From assembly GCA_964637295.1 (NCBI GenBank), contig CAZWWE010000001.1, positions 188,312-252,311 of the forward strand: a stretch of DNA of 64,000 nucleotides. The letters run 5' to 3'. The stretch comes from an uncultured Pseudomonadales bacterium (GTDB taxonomy: Bacteria; Patescibacteriota; Microgenomatia; UBA1400; PJMF01). Numbering within the stretch: the first letter of the stretch is position 1; every line of letters starts with the position of its first letter. Positions 10,306-22,362 of the stretch are shown piece after piece. The notes below the pieces were generated by a model that ran no database searches, was not told the origin of the DNA, and saw only the letters and a program-made list of their open reading frames with translations. A program made the position numbers and the translations under genes.

Positions 10306-10542
10306 ATGCCGATACTCAAAAACGCCAAAAAGGCTCTCCGAGCCAGTAAGAAAAAAACCATTATTAATGGCCAAATTAAAGCTAAATTGAAAACTGCACT
10401 GGATGATATGAAAAAAAATCCTCAAGCAGAAAAACTTAGCTTGGCTTTCAGCGCCTTGGATAAAAGTGTCAAAAAAAATATTTTACAAAAAAATAAAGCT
10501 GCTCGTCTTAAGTCTTCTTTAAGTAAATTGCTTAAAAAATAA
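10306..10542 (+). CDS. rpsT: 30S ribosomal protein S20
   Basis: MPILKNAKKALRAS...LDKSVKKNILQKNKAARLKS. Confidence 0.95.
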   Translation: MPILKNAKKALRASKKKTIINGQIKAKLKTALDDMKKNPQAEKLSLAFSALDKSVKKNILQKNKAARLKSSLSKLLKK

Positions 10543-10609
10543 GTTTCTTCCAAAAACTTAATCAACTAGAGAGCAACAAATAATAGTTGTTAAACACAGT
10601 TGTTTTTTC

Positions 10610-12445
10610 ATGAATTTAGCCTCTAGCGAACCACAAGCTCTCACTTTAATCAGAAATTTTTCGATTATTGCTCATATTGATCATGGCAAAACTACGCTCA
10701 CCGATGCTTTTTTGCGTTTAACTGGTGCAGTTAGCGCCCTTAATTTTCATGAAAGAATGCTTGACAGCAATCCGATCGAACAAGAAAAAGGCGTCACTAT
10801 TAAATTGGCTCCAGTGCGCATGCATTACCGATATCAAAACCAAGATTACATTCTCAATTTAATTGATACACCAGGACATGTTGATTTTGGATATGAAGTT
10901 GATCGTTCACTCGCTGCTTGTGAAGGTGCTCTCTTACTTATTGATGCCACGCAAGGGGTACAAGCGCAAACCCTAGCTAATTATCAAAAAGCTAAAAATT
11001 TAAATTTAAAAATTATTCCTGTCATCAATAAAATCGACTTGCCATCGGCAAACGTTGAACAAAGTATTTTAGAAATTATGGAATTCTTTGATCTTGATGA
11101 AAAAGAAGTGCTCATGGTTTCTGCAAAAACCGGCGTTGGCGTGGAACAAGTTCTGCAGAAAATTATTACAGAAGTGCCACCGCCTGGAAAAAAATTGATT
11201 CAAGAAGAGCAGTTGCCAGAAAATGAGCAGTTAAGAGCTTTAATTATCACTTCTAAATTTGACAACCACCAGGGAGCCATTGCCTACACCAGAGTAGTCA
11301 ATGGTGAAATTCGCAAAAAAGATCTCTATCTCAATTTTAGTAAAACTAAATTTTTACCAGTCGAGATTGGCATTTTTAATCCAGAAAAAGAAAAAAGAGA
11401 GGTTTTGCGAGCTGGTGAAGTAGGTTATTTAGCCACAGGTCTCAAAGATATTTCCCTTTTGAAAGTGGGTGATACGATTACTCGTTTTGAAGAAAAAGAA
11501 ACGATTGCTGTTTTGCCAGGTTACAAAGAACCCACGCCAATGGTTTTCATGGAAATTTATCCAGTAGATAGCGATGATTTTGCCAATCTTAAAGATGCGA
11601 TGGCAAAGTTAACTATGCACGATAGCGCCTTGCAATCTCAACCCACTCATTCAGTGGCCCTGGGCAATGGTTTGCGGGTTGGTTTCTTAGGTATTTTTCA
11701 TGCCGAAATCGTGCGTGAAAGATTGATGCGCGAATTTGATTTAGATCTCATTGCCACTGCGCCTTCAGTCACCTATCAAATCGAAACCACTGCTGGCAAA
11801 ATGGTGGAAATTCACAGTCCTGCAGAAATGCCTGATCCAAGTCGCATTAAAAAAATTCTCGAGCCAATTGCTAATTTGAGTATTTTTTGTGCTGAAGAGT
11901 ACGTTTCAGCAGTGATGAAACTTTGCCACGAAAAAAGAGCAACTTTAATTAACAGTGTGGGCACAGGTAATCGCAATCGCCTAGAATATTTAATTCCCTT
12001 GGCGGAACTGATTACTGATTTTCACGATAAACTCAAATCAGTCACTTCAGGATTTGCTTCAATGGAATATTTACTCAAAGATTTTCGAGAAGTTGATGCC
12101 ATTAAAGTTGAAATATTAGTTAATAAAGAAGCGGTCGAAGCACTCAGTTTCATTACTGTAGCTGATAAAGCAGAACTAAAAGCACGCGCCATTGTTAAAA
12201 AATTGAAAGAAGTAATTCCGCGCCAACTCTTTGAAATTCCAATTCAAGCTAGTATTGGTGCCAAAGTCATTGCTCGAGAAACTATTAAGGCCTGGCGCAA
12301 AGATGTCACAGCCAAATTATATGGTGGCGATCGCACTCGTAGAATGAAGCTGCTGGCCAAACAAGCCAAAGGCAAGAAAAGAATGAAACAAATTGGACAA
12401 GTGCAACTCAATCAAGACGCTTTCCTCGCGGTGTTGGAAAATTAG
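10610..12445 (+). CDS. lepA: Elongation factor 4 (LepA)
   Basis: IRNFSIIAHIDHGKTTL, DTPGHVDF, NKID, and the C-terminal RKDVTAKLYGGDRTR..KLL.KQ.KGKKRMK. Confidence 0.97.
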   Translation: MNLASSEPQALTLIRNFSIIAHIDHGKTTLTDAFLRLTGAVSALNFHERMLDSNPIEQEKGVTIKLAPVRMHYRYQNQDYILNLIDTPGHVDFGYEVDRSLAACEGALLLIDATQGVQAQTLANYQKAKNLNLKIIPVINKIDLPSANVEQSILEIMEFFDLDEKEVLMVSAKTGVGVEQVLQKIITEVPPPGKKLIQEEQLPENEQLRALIITSKFDNHQGAIAYTRVVNGEIRKKDLYLNFSKTKFLPVEIGIFNPEKEKREVLRAGEVGYLATGLKDISLLKVGDTITRFEEKETIAVLPGYKEPTPMVFMEIYPVDSDDFANLKDAMAKLTMHDSALQSQPTHSVALGNGLRVGFLGIFHAEIVRERLMREFDLDLIATAPSVTYQIETTAGKMVEIHSPAEMPDPSRIKKILEPIANLSIFCAEEYVSAVMKLCHEKRATLINSVGTGNRNRLEYLIPLAELITDFHDKLKSVTSGFASMEYLLKDFREVDAIKVEILVNKEAVEALSFITVADKAELKARAIVKKLKEVIPRQLFEIPIQASIGAKVIARETIKAWRKDVTAKLYGGDRTRRMKLLAKQAKGKKRMKQIGQVQLNQDAFLAVLEN

Positions 12446-12490
12446 AGCTCAAACCCAAATTGAGCAACTATTTTTATAAATTGACACTTT

Positions 12491-13282
12491 TTATAAATTA
12501 ACACTTGGTGCAAATTTAAAATAATTTATTTTGGCGTTTTTCTTCAATTCTGCAAACCATTTCTGTTGTTCAGTGGCTAGCTTTTGTTGCTTTAATTGAT
12601 TCTCAATGTCAGCTTTAATATCTTCAAATTTAACATCTTTACCCAACAATTCTTTATTTTCTTCAAAATAAGCAGTCACTTCTTCTGCAGTAACCGTGAT
12701 TTTGTCGGATAACAACATTTCCATGCCTTTACTAAGCGCCAGTTGTTCTTTGACTGCGGCACGAGTTAGGCTCTGAGCCTTGAGCAGGTCGTCTAAATTT
12801 TGACCCTGAGCTGCTAACTGTTCTTCAATTTTTTTCAGTTCGGCATCCATTTCTTCGTCGCTGACTTTAATGCCTTCTTTCTTGAGTTGTTGCTCAACTA
12901 GCATTTGTAGGGTCATATTTTCCAAAGTAGAAGAGGCAGCTTGTTTTTCCAAATTGCGAATCAGGGCAATTCTGGTGATAGGCTTGCCATTGACGCTGGC
13001 CACAATTACTTCGTCTTTGACTAAGTAAACTAAGGCTAAGATTAGTAAAAATATCAAGGCTTTAACCAATGTTTTTGAATCGATTTTTTTGAGTTCAATT
13101 TTGTGATTGCTTACAGATGCCACTGCTGGCTTTGAGGAAGCTTTGACAGGAGTAGTTTTAGCTGCGCTTACTTTAGCAGCAGCTACTTTGGCTGGCACAG
13201 TTTTTGGAGACAAAGGTTTTTTGACACTAACTTTTTGGCTTGCTTTTTTGGCGTTAGTTTTTTGAGTTTTTTTAACTGGCAT
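12491..13282 (-). CDS. SurA N-terminal domain / PrsA-like membrane-anchored chaperone lacking a PPIase domain
   Basis: Lys/Ala-rich N-tail, TM, VASVNGKPIT, ITVTAEEVTAYFEENK, WFAELKKNAKI. The start MPVKK at 13282 is preferred over the track start at 13360. Confidence 0.8.
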   Translation of the reverse strand: MPVKKTQKTNAKKASQKVSVKKPLSPKTVPAKVAAAKVSAAKTTPVKASSKPAVASVSNHKIELKKIDSKTLVKALIFLLILALVYLVKDEVIVASVNGKPITRIALIRNLEKQAASSTLENMTLQMLVEQQLKKEGIKVSDEEMDAELKKIEEQLAAQGQNLDDLLKAQSLTRAAVKEQLALSKGMEMLLSDKITVTAEEVTAYFEENKELLGKDVKFEDIKADIENQLKQQKLATEQQKWFAELKKNAKINYFKFAPSVNL

Positions 13283-13420
13283 AATGACGCTTTCTATAGT
13301 CTTGCTAAATCTATTGCTTAAAACCTGATCATAAGATAACAAATTTTTGAGAAAAAACAAAGTGGGAATTCAAGACTAAGAAAATAAAGTTTTCAACTGA
13401 ACAGTGTTATAATAAAGAAA

Positions 13421-14059
13421 ATGCTCAACCAAGCAAGCAAACACCAGCGTCGCAGACTTGAAGATTATTCTGAAGTGATGAAATACGAACGTGCTTCGAA
13501 TAATTTTTTCAAGAGTTTTATTCCTAAGCCCAACAATATTCATCTCAATATTCAAGATAAAGACGAAAAAATCGTTTTGGTCTTGCGACAACACCCGATT
13601 ACTCAGGTGCAAAAAATATTCTGGCTAATTTTGGCTTTAATTTTTATTCCTCAATTACTCAGTTTTGCTGGTTTTATGGCTGTTCTGCCAGGAGAATTTG
13701 CTGACGCTTTTAACTTTTTTTGGATTGTTTTGGCCTTTGGCCTCTTGACTAGATCTTTTTTAAGTTGGTTTTTTAACGTTTACATTGTGACTGATGAAAG
13801 AATTATTGATGTAGATTTTCATTCAGTGATTTATTACAACGTTTCCAGCGCTAAAATTGAAAATATTGAAGATGTCACCACTAAAACCATCGGGCCTTTG
13901 GCAGCAGTTTTTAACTTTGGTAGCATTTTGATCCAAACTGCGGGTGAAAAAAATCAATTTGAATTTGAACACGTTCCTCAGCCAGCCAAAATTACTAAAT
14001 TGCTGAATGAATTAATTTTGGAAGAAGAAAGAGAAAAAATCGAAGGAAGAATTAATTAA
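13421..14059 (+). CDS. Bacterial PH-domain (bPH_2-like) membrane protein
   Basis: LRQHP, two TMs, YIVTDERIIDV, IEDVT, FNFGSILIQTAG. Confidence 0.8.
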   Translation: MLNQASKHQRRRLEDYSEVMKYERASNNFFKSFIPKPNNIHLNIQDKDEKIVLVLRQHPITQVQKIFWLILALIFIPQLLSFAGFMAVLPGEFADAFNFFWIVLAFGLLTRSFLSWFFNVYIVTDERIIDVDFHSVIYYNVSSAKIENIEDVTTKTIGPLAAVFNFGSILIQTAGEKNQFEFEHVPQPAKITKLLNELILEEEREKIEGRIN

Positions 14060-14065
14060 GGAGAT

Positions 14066-14287
14066 ATGTTAGATATTTTTGATTCACAAATTATTGCCGG
14101 CATTCTCAAATTTTTATTCGTCACTGGAGCTTTATTTTATTTGATTTACACCTTCATCGTTTTTCGCCAGATTTACATCATGAAAAAAACTCTGATCACC
14201 AGTTTTTCTCCTGCAGTTAGCTTACTTGGTTTGATCAATTTATTACTAGCCACAGGAGTTTTTGTGGGTTTTTTGCTTTTCCTATAA
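14066..14287 (+). CDS. Small two-TM membrane protein (DUF5657-like)
   Basis: AAGGAG SD upstream. Two hydrophobic helices flank FRQIYIMKKTL. Confidence 0.7.
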   Translation: MLDIFDSQIIAGILKFLFVTGALFYLIYTFIVFRQIYIMKKTLITSFSPAVSLLGLINLLLATGVFVGFLLFL

Positions 14288-14289
14288 AA

Positions 14290-14787
14290 TTATAATTCGA
14301 TAATGGTAAAAGAGTCTTTTTCCAATTTTGGATAGTTTACTTTTAACCATTGCCAAAATTCTTCTTCTTTATTCTTGGTGAGAAAAACTTCAAAATTATC
14401 ATTTTCGTAGGAAAAATTTATATTAAAATTATTTTGATTAATTGGACATTTGGATTTTAAAAGAGAAAATTCTTTAGCTCTTTCTTCAGTTTCTAACGTT
14501 GAATGATCAGAGATAACAATGGGCATTACTTTTACTTCTTCATTTGTTTCTTCACTTACTTCTTCTTTCGGAGCTTCCTGTACAAAAGTTTCTTGTGCCA
14601 ACTCTGCGGGCTGGCGAATTTCTGTTTGATTGCTTGAATGATTAAGCAAAGCACTCAACAAGGACGACTCGCTTATTTCTTCTTGAACTGATACTTTTTC
14701 TTTAAAAAAATCAGCATTTTTCCAAAAATAATAAGGCAAGATGAAAAAAATTAATAATAGCAATATCTTTCTTAAGTGATTTGGCAT
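14290..14787 (-). CDS. Single-TM exported hypothetical protein
   Basis: N-terminal TM, acidic linker and a small C-terminal domain (CPINQNNFNINFSY...FEVFL...FWQWL). It starts 6 nt downstream of the peptidase gene. Confidence 0.7.
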   Translation of the reverse strand: MPNHLRKILLLLIFFILPYYFWKNADFFKEKVSVQEEISESSLLSALLNHSSNQTEIRQPAELAQETFVQEAPKEEVSEETNEEVKVMPIVISDHSTLETEERAKEFSLLKSKCPINQNNFNINFSYENDNFEVFLTKNKEEEFWQWLKVNYPKLEKDSFTIIEL

Positions 14788-14793
14788 AAAATT

Positions 14794-15969
14794 TTAATCC
14801 TTCCTAGCCAAAAGCAGCCGCTTTGGACTAATAGCTTCGTCATTGTTTCCAAAGCTGCCAGCATTATCAAAAAAATACTCTTTCAAGGCGCCTCCATTTG
14901 GATCTATGACAGTGATTTTAGCGTTGGCGACATCAATATCTTTCACCACAACCCAATGTCCACCTCCACCAAGATTGCCAAAATTACCATTTAACATAAT
15001 TTGCCAGTTACCTTCTTTTTGATATTTTTTTAAATTGTCGATGAGGTCACTATAATTATTGTTTAAATTGGCCTGTCTTATCTCATCTTCTAGAACACCA
15101 TTGCCATTAACACCTGTTCTCGTTTCATAACCTAATTTTTTCAATGCTTCCGCATTTGCCTTCAAACTAGTACCATTGGCGGTAATTCCGTTGGTATTTC
15201 CGATATCATAAAGTCCTAAAACTTTATCTGGAGAAACACCTGTCAGATTTGCTACTGATGTTACGCCACAGCCAACATTGCCAAATTTAATATTTTCTTC
15301 TATGTATATATTTTTCCAACGATTGTCTAATTGGTTAAAAAAAATATCATTTGCGTATTTAGCCGTAGTGGAAACTATCGGCGTCGGAGAAGCACTTACA
15401 GATTTTTCTGTTTTTTGTACATCAGGTTTTGGAGTTTTTTTTGTAGTTTCTGCCGCCAAATAAGACTCAACTAGTTTAAGCGATTGCAAAGTTGGATATT
15501 TATAATTATTAATAGTATTTGGGGGCACCACGACATGAGTTCCTCCAGGCAAAACTTCCCAGTATAGATAGCAGGTATCATTAAGCCAATTGCCCTGTCC
15601 ATTGCAGCTACTTTTTGTTGTTGGTCTATTAGTAGTTGAAGTTGAAACAGTAGTTGGAGTCGGAGTTAAAGTCGAAGTCGGAATTAGAGTTGGGTTGGTG
15701 GTTGGAGTTGAGGTTGTGGTTGGAATTAGAGTTGGACTAGTAGTAATGGTTGAATAAGGTTCACTTTCAAAAGCTTGCTGTCGATTGTCTTGCGTTTGCT
15801 TACTAAGCAAAAAGCTAACAAAAAGACCGATCGCCAAGAAAAAAACAATAAACACATTAGCTAAATTTTTTATTTTCTTTTTTGGAAAAATAAAAGACGT
15901 CTTTAGATCATCATTAACTAAATAGTGGCGATATTTTTCTGGTAAGAAATCTCTAGGATTATTCATCAT
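14794..15969 (-). CDS. Membrane-anchored protein with a C-terminal papain-like C39-family peptidase domain
   Basis: FFNQLD..W (oxyanion Gln), GCGVTSVA (Cys), GHWVVV (His), VIDP (Asp). TM, QDNRQQA and a Thr/Pro linker lie N-terminal. Confidence 0.8.
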   Translation of the reverse strand: MMNNPRDFLPEKYRHYLVNDDLKTSFIFPKKKIKNLANVFIVFFLAIGLFVSFLLSKQTQDNRQQAFESEPYSTITTSPTLIPTTTSTPTTNPTLIPTSTLTPTPTTVSTSTTNRPTTKSSCNGQGNWLNDTCYLYWEVLPGGTHVVVPPNTINNYKYPTLQSLKLVESYLAAETTKKTPKPDVQKTEKSVSASPTPIVSTTAKYANDIFFNQLDNRWKNIYIEENIKFGNVGCGVTSVANLTGVSPDKVLGLYDIGNTNGITANGTSLKANAEALKKLGYETRTGVNGNGVLEDEIRQANLNNNYSDLIDNLKKYQKEGNWQIMLNGNFGNLGGGGHWVVVKDIDVANAKITVIDPNGGALKEYFFDNAGSFGNNDEAISPKRLLLARKD

Positions 15970-16085
15970 AAATCATAAAAAATTGCACAATAAAGTGTAA
16001 CTCATTGCTATTTAGATTGACAAGGAAAAAATAAAAATTGCCAAGTCTTGAAAAATCTGCAAAATTGGCATAAAAAAACGCTTTA

Positions 16086-16203
16086 TTCTGGCCTCGACCT
16101 ATCTTCGCAGGGGGAGAACCCCCAACTATTGTCAGCGCTGAAGCGTTTCAAGACTCTGTTCGGGATGGGAAGAGTTGGGACCACCTCGCTCTAGAGACCA
16201 GAA
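16086..16203 (-). rRNA. rrf: 5S rRNA
   Basis: Contains CCCATCCCGAAC and the terminal helix TTCTGG...CCAGAA. Length is about 118 nt. Confidence 0.93.
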
Positions 16204-16383
16204 TAAAACGTTTTTACAAATTTGTGCCATCGTACGGTTTTGCACGAAACACAAATTATGTTAATTAGCGATTGTTCGCTAATAAGTGAAGCTAACTGCT
16301 TTATACCTGAGTATAAAAGTTAGTAGTAAAAGATAAATCTTTCACTACTAACCTACTCAATAAGACTTTTCAAAAAACTGATA

Positions 16384-19314
<2,931 letters not shown>

Positions 19315-19424
19315 GAATTTGTTTACACAAATTCTTGTATCATTGAAATGTTCTCTTACTCAGTCATATTGAGTAACAGTTAGTTTTTAACTTAAATAAA
19401 ATTTAAATCAAAAATTTTCTTCAC

Positions 19425-19437
19425 TTATTAAAGAACA
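19425..19437 (-). promoter_or_regulatory. boxA-like antitermination site in the tRNA-23S spacer
   Basis: Minus strand TGTTCTTTAATAA compared with the consensus TGCTCTTTAACAA, in the usual position upstream of 23S. Confidence 0.55.
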
Positions 19438-19551
19438 AATTTGACGCATTTGCGCCAAACACTAGCTCTTTGCTAGTTATTAGTCTCTAGAAATTTCTAG
19501 TTTAGAAAAATCCAAAGTCTAATAAGCAGCAAATAGTCTATTTTAATTTGC

Positions 19552-19628
19552 TGGTGGACCCTAAGGGGCTCGAACCCTTGGCCTCCACATTGCAAATGTG
19601 GCGCTCTAGCCAACTGAGCTAAGGGCCC
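19552..19628 (-). tRNA. tRNA-Ala(UGC)
   Basis: GGGCCCT...CCACA-TT-TGC-AA-TGTGG...TTCGA...AGGGTCC-A-CCA. G3:U70 identity pair and encoded CCA. Confidence 0.97.
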
Positions 19629-19635
19629 TTGCTTT

Positions 19636-19798
19636 AGTCTTAGTTAAGTGTGAAGTTTGTTCTTAATTTTGCATATATTTATGACTTTTTGAAGACAGAG
19701 CTTTGCGATAGTAGTTAATCTACTTGAGCAAAACTCTAACGTACAAAAAGGCTTAAATAGATGTGAAAGAAAGATAAACTTCACACTTAACTAAGACT
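19636..19798. repeat. 163-bp palindromic element with perfect 23-bp terminal inverted repeats in the rRNA leader
   Basis: AGTCTTAGTTAAGTGTGAAGTTT (19636-19658) is the exact reverse complement of 19776-19798. Nested inner stems are CTTTTTG/CAAAAAG, AGAGCTTTGC/GCAAAACTCT and GTAG/CTAC. Confidence 0.85.
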
Positions 19799-19969
19799 CT
19801 AATCTTTTGTTCAATTTAAGGTGCTAAAAACGACAAAAGATCATTAGATAAATTTTGTCTTATTTTTATAGCCTTTTACAAGGCAAATATTGAACGGAGG
19901 GAATCCTCAAACGGATTGTCGCGTATACTCTTGTAAGCTTATCCCGAAAAGCTTTAGAGACAAAGAGGA

Positions 19970-19997
19970 ATTATATAGTTTTTATAGATGATTTCAA
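19970..19997 (-). promoter_or_regulatory. Sigma70 promoter of the tRNA-Ala/23S/5S unit
   Basis: Minus strand TTGAAA-16 nt-TATAAT. A 16-bp spacer is typical of rrn promoters. Confidence 0.75.
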
Positions 19998-20013
19998 GGG
20001 GGAATTTAGAGAA

Positions 20014-22362
20014 TTACAACAACTTCGCTCTTTGATTGATTTCCAATTCCACCAACTCTTTGTCCTTACCATATTTAAGACGAGAAAGTTGTTTGATCAT
20101 TTCAGCTAACTTGGGGTTCATGCGCGCTTCTTGTGCCTTAATATCCTTATAAAGTGACATCGAAAAAGCAGGGACTGGTTCGTTATCAACAATCGTTTTG
20201 ATGTAAGCATGATATTTTTCCACATTGGCCAAATCATTCTCATTAAAAGTTGGCGCAAATTCATGCTGCAAGAAATTAGCATCAGTTACACCCACGCGGA
20301 AAGACACCATCGTACCAACGTTGCCAAAAACAGCGTTTTTGATTTCCTCATCAATTTGACCGATAAACTGGTTGGCCACAATTAAATTGAGACGATATTT
20401 ACGAGCTTCAGACAAAATGGCAGCGAAATCCTCAGTGGCAAAATTTTGAAACTCGTCAACATATAAGAAAAAATCTGGACGTTGATCCATAGGTACATTC
20501 TGACGACTCATGGCGGCAGTTAAAATTTTTGGCACCAAGATCAAGCCTAAAAACTTAGCATCTTCTTCACCCAAAATACCTTTAGACAAATTGCATAAAA
20601 CAATTTTCTTTTCATCCATCGCTTTACGAAAATCAAAAGCACTGGTTGGCTGGCCAATGATATTGCGCATAGTTTTATTGGTCACAAAACGTCCAAACTT
20701 AGACACAATGTAGTCCATCACCTCAGACTTATGGAAATCAGAGGTATTGGCAATCTGATCAGTCCAATAACGCTTGACCATGCCGTCTTTGACCAAAGGC
20801 AAATATTCTTCCACAAACTTCGCATCGGTCAAAATACGCACCATTTCAATAAAAGTACTGCCAGGCTTACACATGATGGTCAACATGGCATTACGAATGG
20901 CGTGCTCAAAACGCGGACCAACAATACCAGTGTGATGGGGATCATAAAGCTTATACATCAAACCAATAATCGAGCTCGCTACAAAATGCATTTGTTCTTC
21001 TGTTTCCGCTTCCATAATATTCATGCCCATGGGTCGCTCTAAATCAGAAGGGTTGAAATAAATCACGTCCTCAGCTCTCTCGGGAGGCATGAGCTGCAGT
21101 ACGTCTTCCACTAAATCACCATGCGGATCAATCACCGCTACTCCATGTCCAGCCTCAATGTCTTGCAAGACCATATCTTTCAAAAATTCAGATTTACCAG
21201 TACCCGTTTTACCAATGATATAAGTGTGACGACGACGATCATTTAGACCCACATAAATATCTCTTTCTTCTCCCCGATAAATCGATTTGCCCATAAATAA
21301 ACCTTCTGTCGGAATTTTATTTGGAGCTGGAGCATTTTTGGCGGTCAAGGTTCGAATATGATGAGTTTCAACAGTTTTATTGGGAAAATGCATGATCGTT
21401 GCCAACTCTTCCGTATTGAGAATGATTGTATTTCTATGAAACATGGGCATGTAACGATAAATAAAATCAACCATAAAAAGGTGTTTAAATAAGAAAAAGG
21501 CAGGCTTTTTAAAGTGATTGTAGGTGGAAGAAAATTGAGAAAAAGCACCCACTATATTATTTAAATTTGACTGAGCCGTAGTAGCGCTGTTTGCTGAAAC
21601 CACCACTCTTATAGAAACTCTAAATCCAGACTTACCCACCTTATTATTGATGGCTTCAATTTCTTTTGGATCGTGAGTGTAATTTGCCTTATCTGGATCA
21701 GCCTCACGTTTTTTTTCTTTTTGATTATGGCTCAAACCTTTGTTTTGCCAGCGATTACCCTCTGGATGCATCAAAATTTGTAAAGTGGCTCCTTCGCCAT
21801 CGCCCATTTTTGACATGGCAGAAGTAATCAGAGACAATCCATCTGTAGGTAAATCTTTGTAAGTTTTAATCGGATAAAAATCAGCTTTATCTAAAACTAC
21901 TGAGGTAAAAGCAACTCGACCTTGCTCATTAAAAATATTTACCTCATCCATTTCGCTGATGGAAGCTGAAGGATAAGCGCCATTAATTTGTTTTTCGACA
22001 AAATCTCGAATTGATTTATGACAGGTTACATAAAAAGCAATGTCTTCTTTCATGCCGACAATTTCAAAACTTAGAGTGTCTTCTGGTTTCAGAAAAGATA
22101 GTAAGCCATCTTTTTTAAGCGAATAAAGACCGGCGAACATTTGCTCGGCAGCATCAATTTTAATTTCATTATTTTTGGGCAATTTTACTAATAAAGTTAC
22201 AAAATTAAGTACGTAGTTTTCACGGCGCTGATTTTTAATTAGAGAAGCAATTAAAAAAATCATCAAAACCAATAAAACTAAGAGGCTAATAAAAACAAAA
22301 GCAGTAATAAAAAAACTATTTAATTGAGCTAATAAGTTTTGAGTTTGCTCATTCATGATCAA
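20014..22362 (-). CDS. VirD4/TraG/TrwB-like (HerA-FtsK superfamily) coupling ATPase of the CPR type
   Basis: RRRHTYIIGKTGTGKS (Walker A), VIDPHGDL, LYVDEFQNF (Walker B), SEARKYRL, N-terminal TM. Confidence 0.9.
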   Translation of the reverse strand: MIMNEQTQNLLAQLNSFFITAFVFISLLVLLVLMIFLIASLIKNQRRENYVLNFVTLLVKLPKNNEIKIDAAEQMFAGLYSLKKDGLLSFLKPEDTLSFEIVGMKEDIAFYVTCHKSIRDFVEKQINGAYPSASISEMDEVNIFNEQGRVAFTSVVLDKADFYPIKTYKDLPTDGLSLITSAMSKMGDGEGATLQILMHPEGNRWQNKGLSHNQKEKKREADPDKANYTHDPKEIEAINNKVGKSGFRVSIRVVVSANSATTAQSNLNNIVGAFSQFSSTYNHFKKPAFFLFKHLFMVDFIYRYMPMFHRNTIILNTEELATIMHFPNKTVETHHIRTLTAKNAPAPNKIPTEGLFMGKSIYRGEERDIYVGLNDRRRHTYIIGKTGTGKSEFLKDMVLQDIEAGHGVAVIDPHGDLVEDVLQLMPPERAEDVIYFNPSDLERPMGMNIMEAETEEQMHFVASSIIGLMYKLYDPHHTGIVGPRFEHAIRNAMLTIMCKPGSTFIEMVRILTDAKFVEEYLPLVKDGMVKRYWTDQIANTSDFHKSEVMDYIVSKFGRFVTNKTMRNIIGQPTSAFDFRKAMDEKKIVLCNLSKGILGEEDAKFLGLILVPKILTAAMSRQNVPMDQRPDFFLYVDEFQNFATEDFAAILSEARKYRLNLIVANQFIGQIDEEIKNAVFGNVGTMVSFRVGVTDANFLQHEFAPTFNENDLANVEKYHAYIKTIVDNEPVPAFSMSLYKDIKAQEARMNPKLAEMIKQLSRLKYGKDKELVELEINQRAKLL

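Noticed and set aside
16205-16383. Hairpins in the 23S-5S spacer as a separate ncRNA
   Set aside because: Short stems (e.g. GTTAGTAGT...ACTACTAAC) are expected in rRNA spacers, and nothing supports an independent gene.
20014-22362. VirD4-like ATPase as the marker of an integrated conjugative element
   Set aside because: There is no integrase, relaxase, VirB4 cluster, att repeat or compositional shift around it.
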